Source of the DNA: Methanobacteriota archaeon
GTDB taxonomy: Archaea > Halobacteriota > Bog-38 > Methanoflorentales > Methanoflorentaceae
DNA: 64,000 bases
Assembly (NCBI GenBank): GCA_963719035.1
Contig: CAVRAO010000002.1
Span: 480,001-544,000 of the forward strand
Direction of reading: 5' to 3'
Shown piece after piece: positions 31,550-41,840 of the stretch. A model generated the notes under the pieces. It ran no database searches. It was not told where the DNA came from and saw only the letters and a list, made by a program, of their open reading frames with translations. How positions within the stretch are numbered: the first letter of the stretch is position 1; each line of letters starts with the position of its first letter. A program made the position numbers and the translations under genes.

Positions 31550-34051
31550 ATGGAAGACTATGAGAAACTCGGCGTATTTTATTTAGGGCGTGAATACGAT
31601 CTAAGCGCGAAAAAGCTCCAAGATAATTTGTTGCTCTATGACTCGCGTGACCTGGTAACGCACGCGGTCGTCGTTGGCATGACCGGCAGTGGTAAAACAG
31701 GTCTTTGTATTGGCCTGATCGAAGAGGCGGCGATCGACGGCGTGCCTTCCATTCTGATTGACCCAAAAGGCGATTTAACAAACCTGATGTTAACCTTCCC
31801 GCAACTGCGCAGCGAAGACTTCTTGCCTTGGGTCAATCCAGATGATGCCAATCGCCAGGGTTTGACAGTGCCGGACTATGCCAACCAACAGGCCAGTTTA
31901 TGGCAAAAAGGTTTGACTGAGTGGGGTGAAAGTGGTGAGCGCATCCAGCGTTTACGGGACGCGGCCGAGTGTGTCATTTATACGCCCGGCAGCAGCGCCG
32001 GTGTGCCTGTGTCCATTCTTAAGTCCTTTGCTGCTCCGCCTCCTGAGATTATTGAAGATGGTGAGTTATTCCAAGAGCGCATTGACACCACCGTTACCAG
32101 CTTGTTGGGCTTGTTGAATATCGAAGCCGATCCCTTGCAAAGCCGTGAACACATTTTGATCTCGACTATCATCGGTCAAATGTGGCGGCAGGGGCAGGAT
32201 TTAGATCTGGCTGTTTTGATTGCCCAAATACAGAACCCGCCCGTCTCGAAGATCGGCGTCTTGGACCTAGAATCATTTTACCCATCGAAAGAGCGATTCA
32301 GCCTAGTTATGGCCCTGAACAACCTGTTGGCTTCGCCTGGCTTTAACGCCTGGCTTGAGGGAATTCCGTTGGACATTGGCCAGATCCTATATACCCCCCA
32401 AGGTAAGCCGCGCATCTCGATTTTCTCGATTGCTCATCTGAGTGATTCCGAGCGCATGTTCTTTGTGTCCCTGCTATTGAACCAGATTTTAGGGTGGATG
32501 AGAACGCAACCTGGTACGACGAGCCTACGCGCCCTGGTGTATATGGATGAGATTTTTGGCTATTTCCCGCCTGTAGCTAACCCACCTTCAAAACAACCTT
32601 TGCTCACGCTGCTCAAGCAAGCGCGTGCCTTTGGCGTCGGCATCGCGTTGGCGACGCAGAACCCAGTGGATCTGGATTATAAGGGCCTCTCGAATGCGGG
32701 AACATGGTGCATTGGTCGCCTGCAGACAGAACGCGACAAGGATCGTGTTATGGAAGGTTTGGAAGGTGCAGCAACCGCTGCAGGAAGCACGTTTGATCGC
32801 CAAAGGATGGAGGAAACCCTAGCTGGATTAGGAAGCCGAGTGTTTCTTATGAATAACACGCACGAGGATGCGCCCGTTGTCTTCCAGTCGCGCTGGTGCA
32901 TGTCATATCTGCGGGGTCCGCTTACTCGGAACCAAATCAAACAACTAATGGACCCTTACAAAAGCGCTCAACCGGCGGCCGGCCCAACGGCCCAGCCAAC
33001 GGCTGCCACAACTCCGGCTACGTCGGTCTCCCCACCCGCTTCGGCAGCGCCCTTATCATCGACACCCGCTGAACCCTTCCAAGCTGCACCGGCAACTGCT
33101 GCAGCCGCTGGTTTGCAGCCGACCTTACCGCCCGACGTGACCCAGTTTTTCATCCCAGTGCGGGGCAGTGGCAGCAGCGTGACGTACCAGCCTATGGTGC
33201 TCGGCGCGGCCAAGGTTCGTTTTGCGGATCTCAAGACTCGCGTGGACGCGAGCCGAGATGTGGTGGCGTTAACGCCGGTTGTTGACGAAGCCGTTCCCGT
33301 GGATTGGAACGCCGCTCAAACTGGTGATTTCTCGCTGAACGACTTGGAGAAGACGCCCACCCCGGGGCTGCCGTTTGGCGATTTGCCCCGTCCGGCTGCC
33401 ACGCCGAAAAATTATACTGGCTGGAGCCGGGACTTCATCGCATGGGTTTATGGCAGCCAGAAATTAGAACTGTTCCGCAGTCCTAGCACGGGTCTGATAT
33501 CCAATCCAGGTGAAGATGAACGTGATTTTCGCATTCGCCTCCAGCAGTCAGCTCGAGAGCAGCGCGACGAAGCCGCCGACGCGTTGCGCAAGAAGTACAC
33601 CCCCAAGATGACTACGTTACAGGAGAAGATTCGTAAGGCCCAGCAAGCCGTTGAACGGGAAACTGCGCAAGCCTCGCAAGCCAAGATGCAAACCGCCGTT
33701 TCGGTGGGCGCGACTTTGTTGGGCGCTTTTATGGGACGAAAAGCGATGAGCACTTCTACGATCGGCAGGGCTTCCACCGCTCTTGGTCGGGCCGGACGTT
33801 CCATGGAGCAGGCGGGTGATATCGAGCGAGCGCAAGAGACTGCCGCTGAATATCAGAGACAATTGGATGATTTAAACGCTCAATTCAAAGAGGAAACAGA
33901 TGCGCTAGAAGCTAAGATCGATCCTGCCGGTGAGGCACTTGAGCCAGTAGGGATTACGCCCAAAAAGACTGACATCGTTGTCCAGCTGGTGTCTTTGGTA
34001 TGGGCCCCTTATCGTCCTGATGCCGAGGGGCGCATCGCACCAGCCTGGTAA
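31550..34051 (+). CDS. HerA/FtsK-superfamily ATPase (DUF87/DUF853-like) with a coiled-coil C-terminus
   Basis: Walker A GMTGSGKT, IDPKGD, Walker B YMDE, LLKQARAFG, LATQNP. Confidence 0.85.
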   Translation: MEDYEKLGVFYLGREYDLSAKKLQDNLLLYDSRDLVTHAVVVGMTGSGKTGLCIGLIEEAAIDGVPSILIDPKGDLTNLMLTFPQLRSEDFLPWVNPDDANRQGLTVPDYANQQASLWQKGLTEWGESGERIQRLRDAAECVIYTPGSSAGVPVSILKSFAAPPPEIIEDGELFQERIDTTVTSLLGLLNIEADPLQSREHILISTIIGQMWRQGQDLDLAVLIAQIQNPPVSKIGVLDLESFYPSKERFSLVMALNNLLASPGFNAWLEGIPLDIGQILYTPQGKPRISIFSIAHLSDSERMFFVSLLLNQILGWMRTQPGTTSLRALVYMDEIFGYFPPVANPPSKQPLLTLLKQARAFGVGIALATQNPVDLDYKGLSNAGTWCIGRLQTERDKDRVMEGLEGAATAAGSTFDRQRMEETLAGLGSRVFLMNNTHEDAPVVFQSRWCMSYLRGPLTRNQIKQLMDPYKSAQPAAGPTAQPTAATTPATSVSPPASAAPLSSTPAEPFQAAPATAAAAGLQPTLPPDVTQFFIPVRGSGSSVTYQPMVLGAAKVRFADLKTRVDASRDVVALTPVVDEAVPVDWNAAQTGDFSLNDLEKTPTPGLPFGDLPRPAATPKNYTGWSRDFIAWVYGSQKLELFRSPSTGLISNPGEDERDFRIRLQQSAREQRDEAADALRKKYTPKMTTLQEKIRKAQQAVERETAQASQAKMQTAVSVGATLLGAFMGRKAMSTSTIGRASTALGRAGRSMEQAGDIERAQETAAEYQRQLDDLNAQFKEETDALEAKIDPAGEALEPVGITPKKTDIVVQLVSLVWAPYRPDAEGRIAPAW

Positions 34052-34116
34052 GACCCGCAGTATTACGTCCGGCTGCGCGTGTCATTAGACAAAGTCGCGG
34101 CCATTACTTTAACCTT

Positions 34117-34270
34117 GGCTACACTTGACACGACAAAAGACCGTTGCCCATCGCAACGCTAAACACCAAAAGAAAAACGCTAAAAACGGCAATGGCTAAC
34201 AAACGCCACTTCATCGATAGGTCTATCCCCAGCGTTCTTTAACTACTTTTTTGCTGCAATACAAGCATTC
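34117..34270 (+). repeat. ~150-bp direct repeat, copy 1
   Basis: First 47 bp (GGCTACACTTGACACGACAAAAGACCGTTGCCCATCGCAACGCTAAA) identical to 39551; similarity continues to TACTTTTTTGCTG. Confidence 0.9.
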
Positions 34271-34374
34271 GTACATTATGGTGGACGGGCTATAGGATTG
34301 TTCCTACGTACCTTAACAACGATGTTGGGGTAATTAGTCTCTAAATCAAAATCGGCTGATATGGGTGAATAGGT

Positions 34375-35187
34375 GTGAAAAGAGATATTATCCGAATTAA
34401 TGAAGAAAAATGCACTGGTTGTGGAAGTTGCGTTAATGGATGTCCTGAAGGTGCCTTACAATTAATTGATGAGAAGGCCAGAGTTGTCAGTGATTTATTC
34501 TGTGATGGTTTAGGCGCCTGCATTGGGGATTGCCCGGAGGGCGCTATAGAAATTGAAACAAGAGAAGCCGAACCTTATGATGAGGGCAAGGTTATGGCAA
34601 ATATCGCTAAAGCAGGACCTAACGTCACAAAAGCCCACCTGCGACATCTTAAAGAACATGGCCAGGAGGATCTGGTAAACGAGGCTATTGACTATTTGAA
34701 GGAAAATAAAATGGAAATTCCGGATTATGAAGAAGACCCTTTGGCCTGCGGTTGTCCCGGTTCAATGATGCTGGATTTTCGTAGATCTGACAACCAACCT
34801 CATGAACAGGTGATGTCAACTTCAGAACTAGGAAATTGGCCCATACAGTTACAGCTTTTAAACCCCAACACACCTTACCTGAAGAATGCTGAACTTTTGC
34901 TAGCGGCCGATTGTGCCCCCTTTGCCTACGCTAATTTCCATCAAAGATTCATAAAGGGCAAGGTTTTGATTATTTTCTGTCCTAAACTGGACAAAACCAT
35001 AGAAGAATACGTGGATAAATTATCAGAAATCTTCCAAAAACAGGATATAAAATCGATTTCAATTGTGCATCTGGAAGTTCCCTGCTGCTCAGGTATTGAG
35101 ATTATAGTCCAAAAGGCATTGGAAAAAGCCCAAAAGAACATAATAATTAAAGATTACACGATTTCAATAAATGGAGAAATAATATAG
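34375..35187 (+). CDS. 4Fe-4S ferredoxin-domain protein (type often found beside hybrid cluster protein genes)
   Basis: CTGCGSCVNGCPEG, CDGLGACIGDCP, CGCPGS, NWPIQL, CPKLD, EVPCC; visibly AT-rich codons. Confidence 0.85.
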   Translation: MKRDIIRINEEKCTGCGSCVNGCPEGALQLIDEKARVVSDLFCDGLGACIGDCPEGAIEIETREAEPYDEGKVMANIAKAGPNVTKAHLRHLKEHGQEDLVNEAIDYLKENKMEIPDYEEDPLACGCPGSMMLDFRRSDNQPHEQVMSTSELGNWPIQLQLLNPNTPYLKNAELLLAADCAPFAYANFHQRFIKGKVLIIFCPKLDKTIEEYVDKLSEIFQKQDIKSISIVHLEVPCCSGIEIIVQKALEKAQKNIIIKDYTISINGEII

Positions 35188-35230
35188 AGCTCTAAATAAA
35201 GTTGGATCTGCCCTTTTTCTAGAAGGTTGA

Positions 35231-35252
35231 CGCAGGGACTGGATTTGAACCA
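35231..35252 (-). other. tRNA 3'-end-like fragment (T-loop plus acceptor strand, Leu-like)
   Basis: Minus strand reads TGGTTCAAATCCAGTCCCTGCG; no intact D or anticodon arm upstream. Confidence 0.5.
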
Positions 35253-35527
35253 AGGACGCAAAGCTGCTCAACAGTATTTCGAAGCCCTGCGACCGCTCAT
35301 TGATGGTACGAAGCAGCAATCAACAATATAATCGAGTACACAAAGGCTGCAAAACCGATAGAATTTGCATATTTTGAGAAGTGGTCCAGCAAAAGCGGGA
35401 ATTTAAGCATTAACACTGTTTCTACAACCTCATAAGGCGTTTTGTATGAATCCGAAAACTATAATGATGAAACGGTATATCAAAACGCTATTAAAATGCG
35501 CGAAACGACTAGGACCACCATAGAGCC

Positions 35528-37951
35528 ATGAGTGTATTCGAACGAATAGCAAACACGATCATTAAGCACCCCAAGGCAATCGTCGCCTTTTGGGTGGTAG
35601 CATTGCTCATCTCCATCCCGTTTGCCTTGCAGTCTGATAAGGTCCTCAATTATGACCAAACGACGATGAAAGGATCGAACTCAGAGTCAGCGGATGGCAT
35701 GTATCTCCTCTATGATTCAGGATATTTCTACACGAATTCATCGTCCAAGGTGTCCACCATTGTCGTTGTTCCTTTCAGCAATCCCGCCGAAGAGGCCTCA
35801 ATACAGCAATTCCAACGTGCATTGGCGACGCAGTTAAAGGGAGAATATGGCAGTGATGCAACCTTGTCGTATGCCGGAAGGTTCTCGAACGACAGTTCGT
35901 CGAAATCCGGCATATACATGTATCTTATCAATTTCTCAGGCGACCGCAAACCAAGCGCAGAAGTTACTACGATACGGTCGGCTGTAGCTAATGCCAACAC
36001 CGTGGGCTTAAAGACCTACGTAACAGGCCAGTCTGCGATCTCACACGATATTGAATCGGGAGCTACTTCGGACGTATCAAAGATCGATCCGTTCACTATA
36101 CTGCTTGTCCTTGTGCTCATTGGACTCTTCTTCCGGTCGATCGTTGCGTCCGCCACCCCGCCGATCGTCATCGGTTTTGCGTTTGGCATACTGCTGTGCT
36201 TCGTGTTCTTCCTAGGCAGTGTCGTTGAAATCTACTATATAACGAGGATCATCGTGCTTGTCTCGATGCTCGGCGCGGGCTGTGATTACTGCATCTTCAT
36301 CGTTGCGAGATATCGGGAAGAGCGCAAGAATGGTCTAAATGAGGAATCCGCGCTTCGAGAATCGGTCAAATGGGCAGGAGAGTCCATCACCATATCCGGA
36401 TGTGCGGTCATCATCGGATTTGGCGTTATGTCGTTTAGTTCATTTTCATTGATTAGCACGATGGGGATGGTACTCGCTACCGGGATCGTGATAGCACTGT
36501 TAGCGGCGCTCACGTTACTCCCCTCCGTCATCAGGCTCATAGGAGACCGGATATTCTATCCTTCAACTGTGGAGACGTTTTCAGAGGATAGCAAGGCAAT
36601 GAAGGGGCTGTATGGCAGGTTCTCTAGATTTGGGCAACGGTACTTCTCCACCTCGGCAAAGCAAGCGATAAAGTATGCGTGGGCGATAATTATCGCATGC
36701 GCCCTCATCACCATCCCCCTTGCCTATGTGGCGACGACCTCGTCATCTTCCTATAACATGATCAGCACGATGCCCAATGGAGAGGCAAAGCAAGGGGTCG
36801 ACGTCATAGTGGCGAACACCAACGGCGGGGTAATCATGCCCACGTATGTTGTGCTTGAATTTAACAAGTCGATCGCGACGATATCCTCGGTGGCGTTAGC
36901 AAACACCACCGTACCCTTACTGAGCTGGAATAGCTCTGCGGGTGAATATCTCAACGCGACCGATTCACTAACTAAGACAATAATGACAAATGAGGGTCAG
37001 AACGTGGGCATCGCCTACGGGCCGACAAGCTGGACACGGCTCGTTTCCCTCTATGGAAATGAGTCTGCAGCATTACAGGCCTTGCCGTCAGATTCACTAA
37101 AGAACGCCGTGTCAAACGTCCTTGCCAGCCAGCTTCCTGCCACCTATAAGGTACAATCCATCGACTACATCCTGAACTTCCTCGGAGGGTCGCTCGGAGG
37201 CCCTGTTAACAATTCAACGGGAGCACGCACCCTCACCTATGCAACGATCACCACCATCATGAAAGATGAGCCACTGTCTCAACGTTCGTTCGACACTATC
37301 AAGGGCATACAGGACATTGTCGCTAATTTCGATAGTACCTACAGTAACGCGGTGACCCATTCCTGGGTCACTGGAAGTGCCGTATCATCCCTCGTTCTCT
37401 CACAGACGACGACTTCTGAATTCGTGTGGATCGAGGTCGGAGTCGTCGTCCTGATATTCCTCTTACTGTTCTTCGTTATGAAGTCATATCTGACGCCGCT
37501 TCGCTCAATCGTAACGATCGTGATGAGCGTCATTTGGACACTGGGACTCACATTCCTGCTCTTCGATCGACTGCTGGGCATACCAGTGACGTGGATCGTT
37601 CCGATATTCCTGTTCGTGGTATGTCTCGGACTCGGTATGGACTACGATATTCTTCTGACGACCCGTATCAGAGAGAACGTGAGGAAAGGGAAGTCTAATG
37701 ATGAGGCAATCACCTACGCACTTGAGCGATCAGGTGCAATAATTACGATCTGCGGATTCATAATGGCCGGAGCTTTCAGCACGTTGATGCTTTCTTCGGC
37801 ACCAATGCTCCAGGAGTTCGGATTCGCCCTTGGATTCGCCATCCTCATTGATGCGCTGTTTGTCCGTACCTATGTGGTTCCGGCGGTAATGCATCTTCTC
37901 GGGGATTGGAACTGGAAAGGACCTCAGTTCATGCATAAGAGGGATACATAA
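35528..37951 (+). CDS. MMPL/RND family transporter
   Basis: GAGCDYCIFIVARYREE, GLGMDYDILLTTRIRE; two repeats of TM blocks. Confidence 0.92.
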   Translation: MSVFERIANTIIKHPKAIVAFWVVALLISIPFALQSDKVLNYDQTTMKGSNSESADGMYLLYDSGYFYTNSSSKVSTIVVVPFSNPAEEASIQQFQRALATQLKGEYGSDATLSYAGRFSNDSSSKSGIYMYLINFSGDRKPSAEVTTIRSAVANANTVGLKTYVTGQSAISHDIESGATSDVSKIDPFTILLVLVLIGLFFRSIVASATPPIVIGFAFGILLCFVFFLGSVVEIYYITRIIVLVSMLGAGCDYCIFIVARYREERKNGLNEESALRESVKWAGESITISGCAVIIGFGVMSFSSFSLISTMGMVLATGIVIALLAALTLLPSVIRLIGDRIFYPSTVETFSEDSKAMKGLYGRFSRFGQRYFSTSAKQAIKYAWAIIIACALITIPLAYVATTSSSSYNMISTMPNGEAKQGVDVIVANTNGGVIMPTYVVLEFNKSIATISSVALANTTVPLLSWNSSAGEYLNATDSLTKTIMTNEGQNVGIAYGPTSWTRLVSLYGNESAALQALPSDSLKNAVSNVLASQLPATYKVQSIDYILNFLGGSLGGPVNNSTGARTLTYATITTIMKDEPLSQRSFDTIKGIQDIVANFDSTYSNAVTHSWVTGSAVSSLVLSQTTTSEFVWIEVGVVVLIFLLLFFVMKSYLTPLRSIVTIVMSVIWTLGLTFLLFDRLLGIPVTWIVPIFLFVVCLGLGMDYDILLTTRIRENVRKGKSNDEAITYALERSGAIITICGFIMAGAFSTLMLSSAPMLQEFGFALGFAILIDALFVRTYVVPAVMHLLGDWNWKGPQFMHKRDT

Positions 37952-38077
37952 AAACGCGGAACACCAGAGCTACCTTCGATCTCGTCTGCTGGTCCCCCCG
38001 CATTAGAGCAACTCGGAATGGGATCTACACCATTCAGACAGGCAATATTTTATAACTGTAACACAGGGGGAATTATC

Positions 38078-38710
38078 ATGGCAGAACCCATCGATGCAAT
38101 TCGGGCGTTTCACAACGCGTTCAGGAATGATATGGAGCAGATCGATGCTGCAGCGTTGGGGGCAGCACAAGGAAAGGAGGGTCTTGCCCCCGCCGTCGAG
38201 CGTTTCCGGTTCTTCAACGAAGTATTGGTCTGGCACGCCCATGGAGAAGAGTTAGCTATCTTCCCTGTGCTCGAGAACGTCGCCCCGTTGGTTGCCGAAG
38301 CCTATGTGAAGGACCACCGAGGGTTGGACTCAGCATTTGATGAATTGGATCAATCATATTCTTCACATGACCCCTTAAAAACTGCTCGGGCCACTGCTGC
38401 GTTCCGCTTTCATCTTGACATCCACCTCGACAAGGAAGATACGCACCTCTACCGGATTTTCAAGGAACGTGTTTCCTTGCCAGAGCAAGGGAAGGCGGTC
38501 GGCATCATGGCCGGCGCGGTTCCACAGGAACGGTTCCCAGAAGCGGTGGCGTGGCTATTCCCGCTTCTGGGGCAGGACGATCGTGAGAACATGACCCTTA
38601 TCTGGCAGATGATGATGCCAGCACCTACCTTCGACGGAGTAAAGGAACTCATCAAAAAGGCCGTCGGCAGCGACTGGGCCGAACTCACGCGCCGTATCCC
38701 AACGTTGTAA
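38078..38710 (+). CDS. Hemerythrin/HHE cation-binding protein
   Basis: FHNAFR, HAHGEE, DH, HLDKED motifs. Confidence 0.85.
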   Translation: MAEPIDAIRAFHNAFRNDMEQIDAAALGAAQGKEGLAPAVERFRFFNEVLVWHAHGEELAIFPVLENVAPLVAEAYVKDHRGLDSAFDELDQSYSSHDPLKTARATAAFRFHLDIHLDKEDTHLYRIFKERVSLPEQGKAVGIMAGAVPQERFPEAVAWLFPLLGQDDRENMTLIWQMMMPAPTFDGVKELIKKAVGSDWAELTRRIPTL

Positions 38711-39040
38711 GCCCTGCGAGATACCGTCCTTGTCGTGCCGCGCGTTGTCCTTTTCCAGTCCCATTAACTATTCCTGTGACGTCTGGCTAAAAATCCCGAG
38801 AGTCATTCAAATCTCTAACTAAAAGGGTTGAATTTGCAGTTTTCGCAAATGGGCTATTCACGTATTCACCTCCATCTCGCTGGGCCGATGTCATCCGTGA
38901 ACGCGCAGTTAGAACGGCGTCGCTACTAGATAGGGTAGCAAATGACAAGTCGGCTACTTATGAGGGCACGCCTCTGACGTCATTAAGGACAGGATAGTGG
39001 TTGTGAACCTTAGTAGATCCCCGACCTACTAAAGAACGGG

Positions 39041-39349
39041 CTATATCGGTGCTTTTTTCACTTCTTCTATCGCCTTCGCAGCAATGCCTGGTGTCGCCGC
39101 TCCGGGAATGACAGGTGTGAACTCTGGATACGTGCCGAGTCTCTTTGACGCGATGACCATCATCTCCGTCATTTGTGTCTCATCCAGATCGGCCACCATG
39201 AAGACGGCGCGCATGCCGGCCTTTGTATAAACCGCCCCTAGCGCAAACCGGTTCATCATATACCCTATGATTTTCCCGGGCCCTCCTTCTTCGAAATCTA
39301 TACAATTTCCTACGTCGGCAGGAACCTCGAAATATACCAAGTAACGCAT
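39041..39349 (-). CDS. Hypothetical ferredoxin-like-fold protein (DUF3303/GYD-like)
   Basis: GGAGAGGTGA RBS; MRYLVYFE...PEFTPV pattern. Confidence 0.6.
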   Translation of the reverse strand: MRYLVYFEVPADVGNCIDFEEGGPGKIIGYMMNRFALGAVYTKAGMRAVFMVADLDETQMTEMMVIASKRLGTYPEFTPVIPGAATPGIAAKAIEEVKKAPI

Positions 39350-39550
39350 GATTGATCACCTCTCCTGTAATTCAACGTTAAGGAATAAGTGCTTTCACAG
39401 GATTTGAGCGCTATGTGTCACCGTGGCTGCAAAAACACGCGAAAATTGACTTTTCCGGTTTGTACCTGCGTATTTTTGAGAAGTGACCACTATTGATAGT
39501 CAAGAACTAACAGATTTTTCACGTCAAATAGCACAGAGTATTACACGCTG

Positions 39551-39703
39551 GGCTACACTTGACACGACAAAAGACCGTTGCCCATCGCAACGCTAAAAAC
39601 CAAAAGAAAAACACCAACAATGGCAATGGTTACCGAACGCCGTTTCATACATAGAGGTATTTCAAGCGTTAGTTAATTACTTTTTGCTGAAATATTGGGC
39701 ATT
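39551..39703 (+). repeat. ~150-bp direct repeat, copy 2
   Basis: Matches 34117-34270. Confidence 0.9.
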
Positions 39704-40086
39704 TGGAGCTGAAAAATTGCGATTAAAACAGCCAAATTAATACCCCTTTGATTCAGGGTTGCTATAACAAGCGCGTGTCACAATTGAATGAAACAAAGCT
39801 CAATACGGACTCACTTCGCATTGCTAAAATGGGTTTCAGTCAACGGTTTCCGCTTTAGACCGCTTCCTATCCTGTATTCAGCTTGAACTGCACCTGATTA
39901 GCGAGAAGGGCACAGCGCTATGGTGACAGATATTGACAGACATTGCTGGACGGAAGTCCCAAAGGAAGCTTTGGAGTTGAAATCATAGAATAGAGTGGTG
40001 CTGATGTCCCTTTTGAACCTACGAAGGTACTCGGTAAACTTTGCAGTAGCAGCAGCTATAAGGCGATACAAGTTCATGTATAAGTA

Positions 40087-40651
40087 GTGACGAAAGACAA
40101 AGCAAATCTGGCGTATCTTGAGAAGTTGGTTGGTCCACTAGGGCTTGAAATGATTAATCGACTTTCAAAAGATGGATTGACGGACCAACAAATAGCTCAA
40201 GAAACTGGTCACTGAATTGAATACTGTGAGGCGCACGCTATCCACGTTGTATGAGCATCGCCTCGCTTCCTATGTACTTGAGCGCGACAAAGAAACCGGA
40301 TGGATGCTGTATCGATGGAACGTGGACTTTGCGGATATTGAGCGTCGCCTCGCTGATGATGCTCACAAGCTTATCTCCACGCTCGAGACATGGCTAGATG
40401 GAGAGCTAAACACCGTGTATTACACATGTGACAACCATTGCAGCCGCTACACGTTTGACATGGCGAGTGGTAACGTGTGTGGATACCAATTTGTGTGTCC
40501 CGTTTGCAAGCAAAACCTCCACCACGACGACACGTCCAAGCTGACCGATACTATACAAGGAAAGATTGACGAATTGAAGACCGACGCTCAAGCCATCTTC
40601 TATCTAGAGAACTCATCGATTTTTGAACTTGCCCAAACGGAACAAGAATAG
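40087..40651 (+). pseudogene. tfe: Transcription factor E (TFE-alpha) paralog with a frameshift near 40210
   Basis: LTDQQIAQETG / ELNTVRRTLSTLYEHRLASY..RDKETGW..YRW; zinc ribbon C..C...CPVC. Confidence 0.82.
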
Positions 40652-40712
40652 ACGCTTTATCGTTCGCGAGCTCCACACCTCTATTAGCTCTTCCAGCGCA
40701 CGCGACGGAAAA

Positions 40713-41144
40713 TTATAGCACTTTTTCGATGAGTTTCACGGCATCCCGGAAAAACGCCGGGCACCGCTCCTTCGCGATTTTATGCGTTTTCGCCTGGGCA
40801 AACTGCGGGTCTGACATGTTGTGCCCGAGCAGGCCCGTGCAGGTTATAGCTCCGTGGAGCGTTTTAAATTCCTGCAGAAACTCACCGACCACCGCATAGG
40901 TTTTTTCTTTCGCTGCGACTTCATCAGCCGTTATGCCCCCATAAAGCAGCCCGATCACCTTGATAGCACCAGCAAGAGATCTGCAGTTATCGTCCGTGCG
41001 GGCGATCCCGGCACCAAATCCCTGTGATATCCGACATGCCGTATCCCGGCCGATTCCGAAGTCTGGTGCAAAGACCGAGAGCACGCACTGTGCGCAATTG
41101 AACCCTTGTTGAAAAAGGGCGACTGCCTCTTCTGCCTTTTACAT
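40713..41144 (-). pseudogene. C_GCAxxG_C_C family redox protein, stop at codon 2
   Basis: ATG TAA AAG GCA... then FQQGFNCAQCVL, GFGAGI, GAITC. Confidence 0.75.
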
Positions 41145-41240
41145 GTCCAACAGTCACGCGGGAGCTGCAATAACCCTATTGGGTTATATGACAAACTCAG
41201 CGTCTCGTGCGGTCTTTAACTGAAACCAAGAGAGACCGCT

Positions 41241-41415
41241 GTAACGTAAGAAATTTGTTATAAACGTTCAAATAGCTTTCAGGTGTTTTATATTCTGCCT
41301 CGGTCTACAATTGCTAAGGCTGTGAAACCGCTCCGGTTATAAAGGTCGATGCTTGGACCATAATAAGTTCATGTGACTGTTTTACGAATGCGCGGAGCGG
41401 TTAACAGCCTTAGTT
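41241..41415 (-). repeat. Inverted copy of the 30709-30885 repeat
   Basis: Reverse-complement match, see 30709-30885. Confidence 0.85.
41314..41413. mobile_element. MITE-like element, copy 2 (100 bp, ~21-bp terminal inverted repeats)
   Basis: CTAAGGCTGTGAAACCGCTCCG ... CGGAGCGGTTAACAGCCTTAG; no coding capacity. Confidence 0.65.
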
Positions 41416-41840
41416 ACTACTTAATTTTTTCAACACCTACACGCGCCATACGATCACAGAAATTAACGTGAACCCAGTCGCTCGGAGCCTTTGGGAGCGG
41501 TTAGATAGACACGGTCGACAGTCTTGCAAGCCTTGAGAATGCATGGGCCAATCGTATCATTGGGTCGTAACTTAGTTTTACGCAATGCTGCGAGATTTTG
41601 GGGCGATGAATCCGGGAGCTCGTTTATTTAGCGCACTCTACAATAAGTCCGAGTGATGTTTAGCTACGGGCAAAGTGAGGGAAGACGTTGTGGTTTGACA
41701 CGTAGTCGTTTATATTGGTCGCATGCGACTACGTGCAGGTCTACACCTTAGCGAAAGAGAGGCTCTTAAAGGTGCTTGTCTCGTCATGCTCTGTTTTAAC
41801 CCGGCTATTGTGCTTAAAAAGAGGGCCATAAGACGCTGGG

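Noticed and set aside
35231-35295. Complete tRNA gene
   Set aside because: Only the T-loop and acceptor strand are tRNA-like; too short and lacks D and anticodon arms
41699-41735. CACGTAGTCG...CGACTACGTG hairpin as an ncRNA or element end
   Set aside because: Single isolated 10-bp stem with no second copy; could be a terminator or chance
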